Source of the DNA: Octopus vulgaris
Taxonomy: Eukaryota
DNA: 64,000 bases
Assembly (NCBI GenBank): GCA_951406725.2
Contig: OX597830.1
Location: 38,378,001-38,442,000 of the forward strand
Direction: 5' to 3'
Part shown: positions 14,100-27,096 of the stretch, in pieces
Position numbering within the stretch: position 1 is the first letter of the stretch
Layout of the letters: every line of letters starts with the position of its first letter
Made by a program: the position numbers and the translations under genes
The notes under the pieces: model-generated
The model's database searches: none
What the model was told of the DNA's origin: nothing
The model's input: only the letters and a program-made list of their open reading frames with translations

Positions 14100-16200
14100 C
14101 TGAGATTGCGCATCGAATGATGGTGATCATCATTTCATTTTATTCTTCATAACGTATGTCTATTTGATATTCTGGAATAAACAAACGCTATGAATAAATC
14201 TCTCATTTGGGTATAAGCACTAATAATAATATATTTCTTCAAAATTCTAGTAACTAATAAATGTTGATTAGATAACACTGGCATATCCTTATTAATCTAT
14301 TTATGATATCTCTTTGCAATAAAATATAAATTTGTTAACAAGCTGAGTAGGTGGACTGCCATCCGTAATGTTATCTCTAGATTCAGGAATGATTTGTAAA
14401 ATATTAATCGAATGCAAGATGTCTATGAGAATGATAAAAATGTCTTTTCAGGTTATTTAGTATTTATTGACCTCTAGAACAGAAAAAAACAATCAGTTTC
14501 ATGTATTTGGATGCAAATTGACTCATAGCAGACTTGATCTCATCTTCAATGGAGATTGCTGAAAATAGATGTTTTCTAATAGCTTTCGGAATTATAATAT
14601 ATTATATTCCTTTATGTCTTGATCTTGAATCACGCCAATGCCAACTTGGTTTCACCTTCTTCCGAAACTGATAAGATATACTATTTAGTCATAAGCAATT
14701 TACTCGACTCGATTCTGTCTTCTAATACTTAGCCCTCAGCCAACCTATATGTCAAATGTTTCCTTAATTGAACTTACGTTATTGGGATATCATTGCATAA
14801 ATCTGTCAGATCAGAATTTCATTCTTGTACTCCTTTTTCCATTGTGTTGAAAATGTTGCTTATGTCTCGTATTCTATCTTTTATTTTGCAAGACGTTTAT
14901 TTTAGATATTGTATGTTCTTTTTGTCATTTCTTTCATGCATTGTTAATCTCCAGCAAATAAATACGATTATAATATCCGTTATAATCCCTTCATGATAGG
15001 GTTCAAATATCATTAATGGAGTCTGCATTATATTTACCAAGGTTAGAGAATGTAACATAGCATGAGAGAACATAAGACAAGTTAGTCCACAATGGTAACA
15101 TTACCATTTCAAACCACGTAAAACATTCCTCTCAAATTACACCTTGATACGGTGATGAGATATATCATAATGAGCTTCTAGATTACCGAATCTTACAAAA
15201 TATTGGACTGTCACACTGTGGCTCCTTCACGTTTAATATGAACCCAACCAACTGGAATATCATGAACATAACAAACTTATCAAGTGATACCTCTTAGATA
15301 AAAAAAATTGCTGTAATAAAAGTATTCTTTATTATAAATATGATAATCTATATACAACTAAATTAGCCGTCTCTTTATAACAATCAAGTATTGACGTTAC
15401 TAACGAAAAAATGTTTTAAGGGTTCATATGTTTTTTGAGAAAACCATCTGCGTGCTTTTGCTCTGTTTATATCGTGACTATAAATCAACACCAGCAAATA
15501 GTATTGTGTATATAAGTAACAAGATTAATCACTTAATACATTTTTTATAAAAGAGTAATAATTTATGTCACGGAGCATCATACCATATGATATATCTTAT
15601 TACTTTGTATAATTTCGTACTGTTTTCAAATATATTAGGTGCTATTCATAACAGAGTATAAATTAAAAGAAGTTTTGCGATGCGCACATTTATATAGCAA
15701 ATCCTTTGTCTATTTTTATGTGTACTTTTCTTTATAGCAAACACTTGTCTAGTGTCTTCTTCCCACATTAATTCGCATTTTAAAATATCTGCCACTTTTC
15801 TTTGATCTTCAGTCCTTTCATCAATGACGTTCATCCATTTTACTGAGAATTAAAATGGAAGATATTTATACATCATTCTTCTCAGACTCTTTTCCTTCCT
15901 TTGGTATAATATTGTAATTTTGTTTTTCTAAATTATTGAGCTATTTCGTTGTAATTTATAAATGCATCTAATATAATGTTCAGTCCCCAACTAGCGAATC
16001 TAGTAGTAAGTTGCAAACACGACATGGTAATTAATAGTCCTTCAAATTCCTTTGATATTCCTTTTCGTTCCTTTCTCATCTACTTTATAATAGTCCATTA
16101 TGTTAAAATAAAGATTCAGCAACTTATTAAACATTTTGTTTAAGCAATAGTTTCAAACAATCCTAAATGAATTTTGATAAAATATAGGGTTTTATAATAA
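14100..16200 (+). pseudogene. Decayed LRR-coding tract (segment 5)
   Basis: GGLPSVMLSLDS (~14350), NVFSGYLVFIDL*N (~14439), RLDLIFN...FSNSFRNYNIL (~14530-14605), LKMLLMSRILSFILQD/NLQQIN (ORF 14793), ILKYLPLFFDLQSF (~15777) and AIVSNNP (~16144). Confidence 0.6.
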
Positions 16201-16209
16201 TTATTTCAA

Positions 16210-16868
16210 ATTTTTGCCACAAGAGCAGCTTGGGGAAGATGGGAATAAGTTGATTACATCGACTCCAGTGTTCAACTGGTACTTAATTTTTCGATCCCGA
16301 AAGGATGAAAGGCAAAGTCAATCTCTGTAGGATTTGAACTCAGAGCGTAGCAATGAGCGAAATACAGCTAAGCATTTCCCCTGGTGTTCTAACGACTCAG
16401 CCGTCTCGCCACCTTATATGGTTTTATAATAATCCTTTCTACTGGAATTCGAAGGCCTCAAGTTCGGGGGAAGGGATTAAGTCGATTACATCGACTCCAG
16501 TGCTTAACTGGTACTTAATTTATCGACCCCGAAAGGATGACAGGTGAAGTCGACCCGACAGCATTTGAATTTATAACGTGAAGACGGACAAAATACCATT
16601 AAATACAGACCAAATACCGCCCGGCGTGCTAACGATTCTCATATCTTTATTGCCCACAAGGGGTTAAACACAGAAGAGACAAACATGGACTGACACAGGG
16701 TTTAAGTCGATTACATCGACCCCAGTGCGTAACTGGTACTTAATTTATCGACCCCGAAAGGATGAAAGGCATAGTAGACCTCGGCGGAATTTGAACTCAG
16801 AATGTAACGGCAGACAAAATACGCTAAGCATTTCGCCCGGTGTGCTAGCGATTCCGCTAGCTCGCCGC
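16210..16868 (-). mobile_element. Three tandem Meta-type SINE (family B) copies
   Basis: The core ACTGGTACTTAATTT(A/T)TCGA(C/T)CCCGAAAGGATGA occurs three times (~16275, ~16507, ~16732), each followed by a tRNA-like head in reverse. Confidence 0.85.
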
Positions 16869-16869
16869 A

Positions 16870-19083
16870 TTTATACGGTTTTATAATAATGATATAGATT
16901 TGATTCATTTGTGCTGAAGTACATTATTGGCTTTAATATGAGCCTGAACCTTACTCTTATCTTTCTTATCGTTACGTGAGTACTGCGTGGTTCTTTTCGT
17001 TTTTTACTAGATTACTTTTGTTTTTATGAGTAGAATTTAATACGAGATATGATATTGTTTTGGTATTTCATTTTCAGGCCATTTATTGAGATAATTATTA
17101 TTTCTCATCTTACACTTTCTCGTGCACAATCTTTTTAACACACATTATACTTGTTTCATGATGCCATTTTCGTTTTTCTAGAATAACGATGTGTAATGTC
17201 CATTACATATTTTAATAAATTCGTTTAAGAATTTATTTTCTTTCTTTCTTCGTCTATTCAACTGAACACTTTCATTCAGCACCAAAAAGATACATGAGAA
17301 CAAGTTTCAGGATTAATTTGGCTGCATTCAAATTGTGGCTTCAGTGATTTCGAATGTGGTATTTGAAATTGAAAATATTCATTAAAGAGCTTCATAAGAA
17401 GAGCTTTACGTGACCAATAATCTCTGCTCATGAGCATTTATACATATTTTTATATTGTTGCATATTTCTGAAAATATTTTAACTATATAATTGCACTTCA
17501 TTTAATGATAGATAAGCATACTCATTACACAAACTATTTCAATGAAATAATGCTATCACATTACGTATAATTGAGATGCAGGAGTTTAGTATTACTTCAA
17601 CCATGTATTCATTGCTAATCTATACAAGATTTCCGAAAAGGAAGAATCTACCGCTCATATGTTTCCGCCCTCTGTTTAAAATGATGCATCGCTTAGTTTT
17701 CCCAAGTTATCGGCATTACTTCAAGATGTCTTATGTATAAATGTAATGTTAACAATTTAGATACACACAGAAGAAAGACGTTTCTATTTACATGATTAAT
17801 GCCAGGTCAGGTGCGAGTAAGCAATGCTCGATTTGTTAAAACAATTAATTGATTGATGAATTTATTGGAATGGTATGTTCTTGTTTTATATACAGGCAAA
17901 ATACAATTGTATAAAATATTCAGCACCTGTTTATATTAGGACACACGATTCGAAATATGAAGCGTATCAGAAAATAGACCATCTTATAATGAAATACTTG
18001 TTTACAAATTTCCTGTTTATTAAAATATTCCAGTATTGATTAAACCCTGAATAAAGCTTAGGGTATAAGTGGTATGTTTATGAGCAGCAAAAGAATACTT
18101 ACAGCTGTAGATGGCATCAGAACTGAAGAAGTAAGGACTACGTGATGGCTCCCATTTGGATTCGAAGATATTGTATATACTGACGAACTGTTCACGTTCG
18201 TCGATGCTTTCAGTATTTCCTAGTGGTCTGAAGTTATTTCCCATAGTAGAGTACAGCGGACTATCAATAATATAAATGCTGCATTGATTTCAGAAGAACA
18301 GTGCAAACGAAAATTCATGAAAATATAAACCTTACACAAAGTACTTTTATCTGTTATTATTCGGACATAATAGTTTTGTGTGAAGAACCAGGACGATGTA
18401 TTAAATACCAGGAATATTCTACGATGATTAAGTTGTTACAGATGCTAGACCTATATCTATATCTTGCTACACACTACAACATTATCCATGGTTGAATTTG
18501 GTAGAATACATTCTATTCCATGGATTATTTCGCCATAATTTTCCTGCGAAGGAAAAGGCCGCATTTTCAGCATCAATGCAGTAAATCTATTGATGTTGAA
18601 AATGTTATAAGAACTTTCACCATCCACGGATTAACTTCATGAAACGTAATTCTCTAAATGGTTTCGGGGTTGCTTCTAAAGTAACTGGTGCACAACATTA
18701 ATAATTTCTTACAAAGTTATGATTCTTTTGTTTTACGGTAGGAGGGATTCAATCGTTTCTATAATTGCCTTACAGTTTGATCGAGCGCTAAAGGAAGTGA
18801 AAGCAATCTTTCGTGTTGAAGCAAACAATATTTGAAATGCGAAAGTCAATACAAAACTCTAGACTTACATCTCACCACGCAATTAAAAACAGTCAAGAAA
18901 AATAGAAATTTAATACATTTCTTTACATGCCAATAAAATAAAGCACCAATGTGCTACCACAAAATAATATTTAATATCTGTGCGTTTAAGTGTAAATACG
19001 TTCAAAATGAGAACAATGCAGAATCAACGTTAACAGCAGCTTCTATAATACAATTATTAATATTATTATTATTATTATTATTA

Positions 19084-19161
<78 letters not shown>

Positions 19162-20620
19162 TACATTTTGCAGCATTTCACAATTGGGTTTTTCCTGAAG
19201 CAGCAAATATTTACTTGTGATAACATATTTATTTATTTTAAAGCATTAACATTTCCAAAAAAAAAAAAAAAATGCGGGTATTTATTCAAAAGAAGCGATA
19301 ACTTTTGATTCTGTAAACTGTGATGAGTGACAGATCAAATCGAATGAGAAAATATGAGCCTATTGAAGAAAATATTTAGTTAGATATCCAGTATATTAAT
19401 AAGGTATAATACCGAAAAGTAACTAAAGCGTTCGTGATATGTAGTCTGGCCACTATGAAAGGTTGTATGCGATCATAATGATGCAAAATTTTATCAAGTG
19501 TGAGTGGACGTCTCTCATGTTTTTTTATGGAATACACAAGTTTGCGTTCTTTTGGCTTTTTAGTGCTTCTCTTAACTTATATATTTTGATATATTTCTGT
19601 CTTGGGAGAAATATGTAAAAATTTTGAATGAAAATATTCATTTTTACTGTTCGATAATTCTATAAACGTGGAAGTTAACAGGTTTTAATAGTGGTATGTG
19701 TGTCTGTGCGCGTGTGTGTGTGTGTGCGTATACGTATAAAAGAAAGGTTGTAGTTAACAGATTTTAATAGTGGTTGGCAACGTATATTTCTTCACTCTAA
19801 ATCAGCTTTCAGTTAACGGATTTATAAAGATACATACTTGCAAGTATACATATATACATATATGCTTATATGCGCACTCGCGTGTGTGTGTATGTGTGTG
19901 TGTACCCCAACAAAAAATATTACAGTTCCCCTCTCTATACGTCTTGCCATTATAAAAAAATCAACTTGGCGACTCGCCTTGCTGAATCGAAAATTATTAT
20001 TTTTTCTGACAAAGGATTGAATCACATATTCTGGAAGAGATTGAATTGTCACATGGTGTAGGAGCGTCAGATAGCATTAATGCTAATACAATATGGACCA
20101 CTTTACCTCCGACCAACCAACTTTACCCAAAGTATAATTCTTGTTACAGAAGAATATATATGACACTCTAGTATGTGTGCTGATAGTTCGTCCGTCTTGT
20201 ATATATATATATATTTATAACCGGTCGATAGCATCTATTATACACAAAGAGAGATGGCTATATTAAGATTCATTATTAATGAATTGTGAATAATACGCTA
20301 TAAGCCGTTTACTTATGAACAACACGAAGGCCTCGTGTTTTCTGGTGATGAATAACACATTTATGTTTTATTCTAATGTTGGAGAATAAAGCATACACTG
20401 AATGACACCGCTCTTCAGACATTTATACACATCAAATCATACCTAAATTATGTTCTCTTATTTATAGGCAAATGTCTATATCAAAGAAAGTAGCAATGAA
20501 AATTGCTTAATATTGGACTGTCGTTTAGTTCTATATCTTTACATCTGTTGCCAACTGAGTCCTACATTCATTGGCTAAAATTAGTCTCTGTAAGAGTTAA
20601 GTGGTGTAGTAAGAATTATT
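16870..20620 (+). pseudogene. Decayed LRR-coding tract (segment 6), includes an LRRCT-like cap
   Basis: IHENKFQD* (~17290), AS*EELYVTNNL (~17390), LHISENILTI (~17458), INLTQSTFICYYS...LCEEP (ORF 18301; LxLxxNPFxC...CxxP-like), YKTLDL (~18850) and ILEEIELSHG (~20028). Confidence 0.6.
19054..19160. repeat. (TTA)n abutting (TAA)n microsatellite
   Basis: Direct reading; the strand of the triplet switches at ~19124. Confidence 0.95.
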
Positions 20621-20912
20621 GTTTTCCTTTTTGAAACGAAACTAACATGACTCTTTCACTTGTCACGCTAATTGGACTGCAGCCATGCTGAGACGCCGTC
20701 CCCAAGGGGTATAAGCTTTTCATTATTGTAGTTAGTTTATGACTTGCTACAAATCCAATGGATTTTATTTTTCCTACTTTTGTATAATGATACCGCTTCA
20801 TACACCCTTTTAATGTTTACAGATAGAAAGATGTACGCACATATTTCTATACTTATATACATATTCATTAATATATGTATGTATCTATATACATGTATAT
20901 ACCATGTCTGCC

Positions 20913-20966
<54 letters not shown>

Positions 20967-20999
20967 GTCTATCTATCCGCCTATCTATAATGCAAGATA

Positions 21000-23900
21000 A
21001 TGTAATATAATTATATTGCATCTGTGCTATTTCAGTAACACTGGCAAATGACGGTTTCGCAAGTATTAAAGCAGATAGTACGTCGTCAAATCGATTAAGC
21101 GAAAAATGAAAGAATATTAGTATAATGCAATACATTGTGCAACTCATTCTCTCCTGTTAATATGGCTCAAAATCTACAAAGTTGCGAACTAAATACACGT
21201 TGCCCTTTGTTCGAACCCTGTGCCGGGAGATTACACAAACTTTCTAACGCTATATCTATGCCTGCCCCTGAATATCTATACACATTCGTGTATATCTTAA
21301 GTGCATAATTTATATGTAAATGCAAATGTGTAGTCAGTAATTTATCATTAGATGTTCGCCTCTTAATGAACTGTAACTTTAATGTTATTAATGATAATGC
21401 CAATAATTTCCAGCAAGGAAAACTCCCCAATTGTTGCCCCATTGAGTCTATTCTGGTGTATTACATTCTTAGTAATTAACGGGTTTTAGAAGTATTGCTT
21501 TCTACAACTGAGAACGAGGTTCCATCAAGTATCTTTAAGCCAATTATTAAGAGAGCAAGTATTGCTCTAATGCATCATGGCATGGTAAATGAAGTCAGCT
21601 TGAAATGAGATTTACAATGGTTTCCTTGACTAATCTCAGCCAAGGTAATATGTCAATCCAGGGACTTTATGATTGCACTATTAAATGCTATCGTACATTA
21701 TTTCGCCTGTAAACGGATACGCCTTTGTCGAATTTAAAAGATTATAACGAACTGTAATATCATTCCGAAGAAAAAACACGTGGTTGTTTGTAAATATGTA
21801 ACAGAAGTGTTTAGATATAAGACGTGCGTAAATCTATCACAGTACTCCCGGACACATATGTATTACGTAGATCTCAAATCTTACTGCCGATTCAAATCCT
21901 ACAAAGCACTGAAAATTACTGAGCAGTTTGATCTGAGTGGTAATTCACGAGAATGCAGTATGGTCTGAAGTACATACTCATTGATACTCTCATATCTCCA
22001 GATATTCAGGTATACTTAAAATTGAAAATGTTTATGTAATGTCATGGTAAAAACACCATAACTTCAATAAAGATAAATATAAAGGCCGTCAAAGAAAAAG
22101 TACATCAATTCAAGTAGCTAATTTCATTAATAAGTATCTACTATGATAACATATTTCCACTGATAATATATTTGATTCGCACAGGAAAATTATGGTGCTT
22201 ATTTGTTGAACCAGACCGGATGAATTTCTGAGTCGAAAATATGATTCGCAAATTTAAATATTTACGACGTCGAATAATAATTATGTTTTTTCCAATGCCG
22301 CTTTAGGTGATGATGGCCATGTTGTTGTTTTTGTTGATGATGATGATGACCATGACGACTATAATTATCTTAATAATCATCTTAGTAGATATGTTTTGTA
22401 CTGTGTTTTCAAAGAATCTCTTTTGACTGCACCAACCTTATAACTGAAAGAAAAATGAGAGCCTGACAGTCTAACGCTCCTATTTATCAGGCCAGACAAT
22501 ATATTCGAAACACCTGATTATTTACGGCAATTAAACAAAATATCGAAATATATGCCTATGATATTTTAAACATATTGATGGCTATTGTTAATGATAGAGA
22601 AAAGATGTTCTGAATTATAATACTAATATTTCTAAGTCATCAAATGTATCTTAGCCAAGCTATTAATTGTTTCAAATGTAAGAAATAAATTATATAGTAA
22701 GATGTACTTTATTTCTGCGTCTGTAAGACTCCTAATTATGTTCCAAGAATACTTGCCATCACAGTAACGCTGTAGAAGAGAAAAGAAAATTTAAAATATA
22801 ATTATAGAAGGGAAGCAAATATTTGTTTAATGATAGATGACTAATTACTCTACGAAAGAGTGGGCTTTTTTGAGCTACATTTGATTGAATTTATAATAGG
22901 TATGTATTTCGATCGTTCATGAAAACCTGGAGAAAACATTCTGAAAAACCGTAAAGGAATTTCTTAAACGAGTAAATCTCTCAGATTATTTCATAACCGT
23001 ATTGTGTTTAGAAATATATGCATATGCGTAACTAGTGCATTCGCCTATTTATCAAAAGATATGAACGTATTGAACGTATGGCACACTTTGAAAAATTATG
23101 AAATATGTTATTGTTTGATCTGAAAATTAGTTGAAAAAAAAAGAACAATGATGTATGAAAATGTAAGAGGAATTTATAAAGTATAAAAATATAAATTTTG
23201 ATTTATTTTCTCGATTATTTTAAAGCATCGGCCTTGAGAAAAATGTTCGGAAAAGAAGAGAACAGAATTCAAGATTCAATAAGATGAATACCTTATCCTA
23301 CGCTGTGACAGAGGAGTTCAATGTGAAAATTTTCTTTATATTTTGACAATGAACACGTATGTTAAATAGGGAGAATGTGACGTTTTAAGCTTTCTGATAC
23401 TGTCACGAAAATTTTGAATTAAGTAACCTTGATTTAAATTAGAATCCTTTCCAGGAAAATAAGAACCAATTACGGTAGTGAACATACGGAAAACACTGAA
23501 AATAGAGAAAAACATGAGGAAAATGGAAAGCACTAAGTATGAACATGATATGAATATTTGAAATGCGAATAAAATTAGTGAAAAAAATTAGAGAAATTAT
23601 TTCATTTAATATTTTTACAATTAATCTCACAAAATCTTATTTGAAAAGATTTAGTTTTCATTCACTACATCAATTTTGAATGTTTGCCAGCAATGTATAT
23701 ACTTAATGGTAAATGCACGAGGAATAAAACGATGTATTAAAATACGCAAAATAATTCCATTAGGCAAATAGAATTGTTTACTTCTTAATTTGTTTTCCAG
23801 TTCAACCGAAATGTTAGTTGACTGCTCCGTGACAAAATTTTATATACAATAACAGTTTTAGGTATTATTTACATATCTACTTTTCTAAAGATACAAAACA

Positions 23901-24050
23901 TTTGCAAAGGAATACCGCTAGCAAGAAGCAGAATCCATGATCAATCAAACTACACATTGTGCAAGAGACATGTATTAAATCCTTAGGCTTGAGTTTAACC
24001 TCAGATAAGACAGAGGAGATTGGTATTCGTAGGCTAAAGATTTAGACGCA
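21000..24050 (+). pseudogene. Decayed LRR-coding tract (segment 7) with several LRRCT/LRRNT caps
   Basis: LSA*FICKCK (~21297), VLEVLL...EVPSSIFKPI (~21483-21545), K*DLQWFP*LISAKVICQS (21603-21659; TGA at the Cys and Trp positions of CxCxLxWFxxWL), HYFAC, VVVCKYVTEV, EQFDLSGNSREC (ORF 21780), PDNIFE..YLRQLN (~22492) and FLKRVNLSDYFIT (~22960). Confidence 0.75.
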
Positions 24051-24911
24051 AATATATGAACACATACTTACACACAGATACACACTCACATCGACACACA
24101 TATTATTTGAAGAGGTGTACAGTATTTGTATATAAAGAAAAAGGACTTAGTATGAATTATTAACTATTATTATTATGAATTATTATTAGCGCTTTTCTAT
24201 CAATTCGGAGAGCCGTCAAAAATGTATACGTTAAGAGGAAAGGTACAGTTTACCCGTGCGCGTCTGTGTGTTTGTTTGTGTTTGAGCTACACGGAAACAT
24301 GTGCGGGGCGTGGGGAATGAATCTTCTTTTCTTATTTTGGATCTGTGTGTTTCTATATGTGTGTCACGCGTATATGCGAGTGAAAGTATGTGTATGCATG
24401 TGTGTGTAAGTGTGTGTGTATGTGTGTGTGAGTGTGTGTGAGTGGTTAAGGTAGAAAAAAGAGAAAGACGAAAAATAAATTGAACGAAGGGAAGAGGGAA
24501 GAGGAAAGAACAGGGGCTCGAGTTGGAGCTAGAAGGCTCAATATATTGAAATCATGCCATATTTGCAGCGTGTAGCTTGAAGTTGGTAGGCACAAGGGCT
24601 TACATTAAGACGTAATTTGTATCTCTAAGATATTTTACAGTATGTTACCGATTTGTTCTGTAATTTATGCTTAAAATAATCCTCTCTCCCTCGCTAAATA
24701 ACCCTCCCTCTCTCTCTCTCTTAATTTCCACCTGCGTCTTTGCATCAATGAAATACAAACCATTTGTAGTCTCATTATTAAAATAAATATGAAATGTCAC
24801 TTGAACGGAAGTGCTTTAAATAACAAAAAGAATATTAATCAAACTGTTCCAGAAACGATATTTTAAAATATGGAAAATTACAATTGTATGTGTGATGAAA
24901 CAGTATATATT

Positions 24912-25079
24912 GGAGTGGCTGTGTGGTAAGTAGCTTGCTAACCAACCACATGGTTCCGGGTTCAGTCCCACTGCGTGACATCTTGGGCAACTGTCTTCTG
25001 CTATAGCCCCGGGCCGACCAATGCCTTGTGAGTGGATTTGGTAGACGGAAACTAAAAAAAGAAGCCTGTCGTATATATG

Positions 25080-25112
<33 letters not shown>

Positions 25113-25332
25113 TTGTGTGTTTGTGTGTCTGTGTTTGTCCCCCTAGCATTGCTTGACAACCGATGCTGGTGTGTTTACGTCCCCGTCACTTAGCGGTTCG
25201 GCAAAAATAGACCGATAGAATAAGTACTGGGCTTACAAAGAATAAGTCCCGGGGTCGATTTGCTCGACTAAAGGTTGTGCTCCAGCATGGCCGCAGTCAA
25301 ATGACTGAAACAAGTAAAAGAGTAAAAGAGTA
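24912..25332 (+). mobile_element. tRNA-derived CORE-type SINE (family A, full length; octopus OR-like)
   Basis: GGAGTGGCTGTGTGGTAAG (A box), GGTTCAGTCCC (B box), CTTGGGCAA CORE segment, internal (TA)/(TG)n and an AAAAGAGT tail. Confidence 0.9.
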
Positions 25333-25574
25333 ATATTGTTTATTCGAGAGAGAAAAACAAAACAAAATGAAATTAAGTAACATCATTTCAAGAAAACGAT
25401 ATTTTATAAAACTTAATGGCAGTAACCGATCATAATTTCATTCGAAAATAGCAAAAATGATATCCATCCCCTTAATGGAGATGTCATTTTTTAATATGGC
25501 AACATGGAAATGAACGGTGGCAGTACGTACTCTTTCATTATAACTATTAATTAGCACGATGCCTTATCCAAATC

Positions 25575-25920
25575 TGTTATCTTTTAGCTGTTGTAGCTAT
25601 TAAATTGCGGTCGTGCTGGGACATCACTTGAAGGAATCTTAGTCGAGTGTATCGACCACAGTACTTATGTATTGTTTTCTTTAAAGCCTGGTACTTATTG
25701 TAGCGATCTCTTTTACCGAACCGCTAAGTTACGGGGACACAAGCACGCCAGCATAGGTGGGGAGACTAACACAGATACAAATAAAACTCAATGTCACACC
25801 CACCTACACACATTTATATATACATATATACGATTGGTTTCTTTTGGTTTCCGTCTTCCAAATCCATTCACAAGGTTTTGGTCGGCCCGAAGTTATAGAA
25901 GAAGTCACTTGCCGGAGGTA
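25575..25920 (-). mobile_element. Family A SINE, diverged and 5'-truncated
   Basis: Reverse-strand similarity to 24912-25332 (GAACCGCTAAGTTACGGGGAC, TTTCCGTCT.CCAAATCCA.TCACAAGG). Confidence 0.75.
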
Positions 25921-26199
25921 ACATTTAAGAGGACTATAGTGTCTATCCTGAAATATTTCGTTTTAAATTTTAAGTGAATCCACACTAGAGCCACGCGAAA
26001 ACCACACTAGAGCCACAATAGAACCACGCGAAAAAACAAAAACTTAATGATTTTAATACTTACAACTGCCAAACGTCATTCGCTTAATGTCGCAGTTTAT
26101 GAAATAAAGAGGTAAAAACAAACGGAGCAAGCAGCCAGATATTAGTGAATAATAAACTGAAGCCGTAACGCTAGACCAGAATCAAGACCTGTGTAGAAA

Positions 26200-26470
26200 T
26201 TGTGAAAGCCTGTGTCTTACAAGTTAGGGTACTCGGTTCACCTTTGTGAGTTAAATTCCCGACGGCACGTTGTGTTCTCCCGCAGGTCATTTTATTTCAC
26301 GTTGCTCCAGTCCATTCAGTTGGCAAAAATGATTAGTACCTGTAATTCCAAGAGCCAGCCTTGACACATTTTGTTTCACTCTCAATGTCCCTAGGAATGT
26401 CTCCGGAGTGCTCAACCACCTGCATCCTAATTGCACGGAACACAAGTCATCGTAACTGACGGAGTGCTAG
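26200..26470 (+). mobile_element. Diverged CORE-type SINE
   Basis: TTTCACGTTGCTCCAGTCCATTCAGTTGGCAAAAATGA segment shared with the copy at 35590-35833 (opposite strand). Confidence 0.55.
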
Positions 26471-26799
26471 GTTTTTGTTTTGATATATTTGATTTTTATT
26501 TAGAATCTTCAAATGCCGAGAAGATGGAAAATTTGAAATGAAAGCTGAAGCACCACCTCAAAAGAAGAACTAATATTTAAAGTGTCAATAACAGTTAGTG
26601 ACAACTGTTTTGGTTGCAGTATTAAGACAACACCAGTCACATCCTGCCATCTTGTTTGTGGTCTTCCTTGAGTTAATTTTCCCAAACAGCGCCCGCTGCT
26701 TTATAATGGCATTTATATCTGTTTATGTTATTTTTCTGTGGAAATGAAATTTCCTTTTTTAACAGCGATGAAAATTCCATTTAACAATTATGAAAATTC

Positions 26800-27096
26800 T
26801 GCGAAGGAATTCTGACGTAGAACGTAAAGCCGGCAGAAATATCGCCAAGCACGTTGTGTGTATTAATGTTTCTGCCAACTCGCTGTCTTTCTGATAAGCA
26901 TTTCTATGACAGGCAACATGTGTGAAATTCTGGGGACATATGTCGACAACATAGGAAATGGTACCTATTTCATCGACGTCAAATTGATGAAAGACAAAGG
27001 CAACATTGCCAGAATATGAATACAGGACATATAGACGGTCGAAATGCAACAAAACATTTTGTCCGGTGTGCTAATCATTCTGCAAACTTGCCGCCA
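26800..27096 (-). mobile_element. Two diverged family B SINE fragments
   Basis: TTCTGCCAACTCGC (~26871) and TTCTGCAAACTTGCCGCC (~27078) are reverse heads with degenerate cores. Confidence 0.6.

Noticed and set aside
18140-18290. + strand FVDAFSIS*WSEVI resembling Gypsy integrase VDAFSKWPEV
   Set aside because: No other integrase, RT or LTR signatures nearby, and the flanking peptides read as LRR.
21167-21442. - strand MGQQLGSFPCWKLLAL resembling mitovirus RdRp motif B
   Set aside because: No motif A or GDD at suitable spacing; the opposite strand carries clearer LRR/LRRCT motifs.
21630-21720. KVICQSRDF as a TIR box 2 or Helitron helicase motif
   Set aside because: The context DLQWFP*L...C...FAC fits an LRRCT better and is followed by more LRRs.
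26504-26573. Strong AG acceptor followed by IFKCREDGKFEMKAEAPPQKKN*
   Set aside because: Too short, no partner exon identified, and T-rich acceptor-like sequence is common here.
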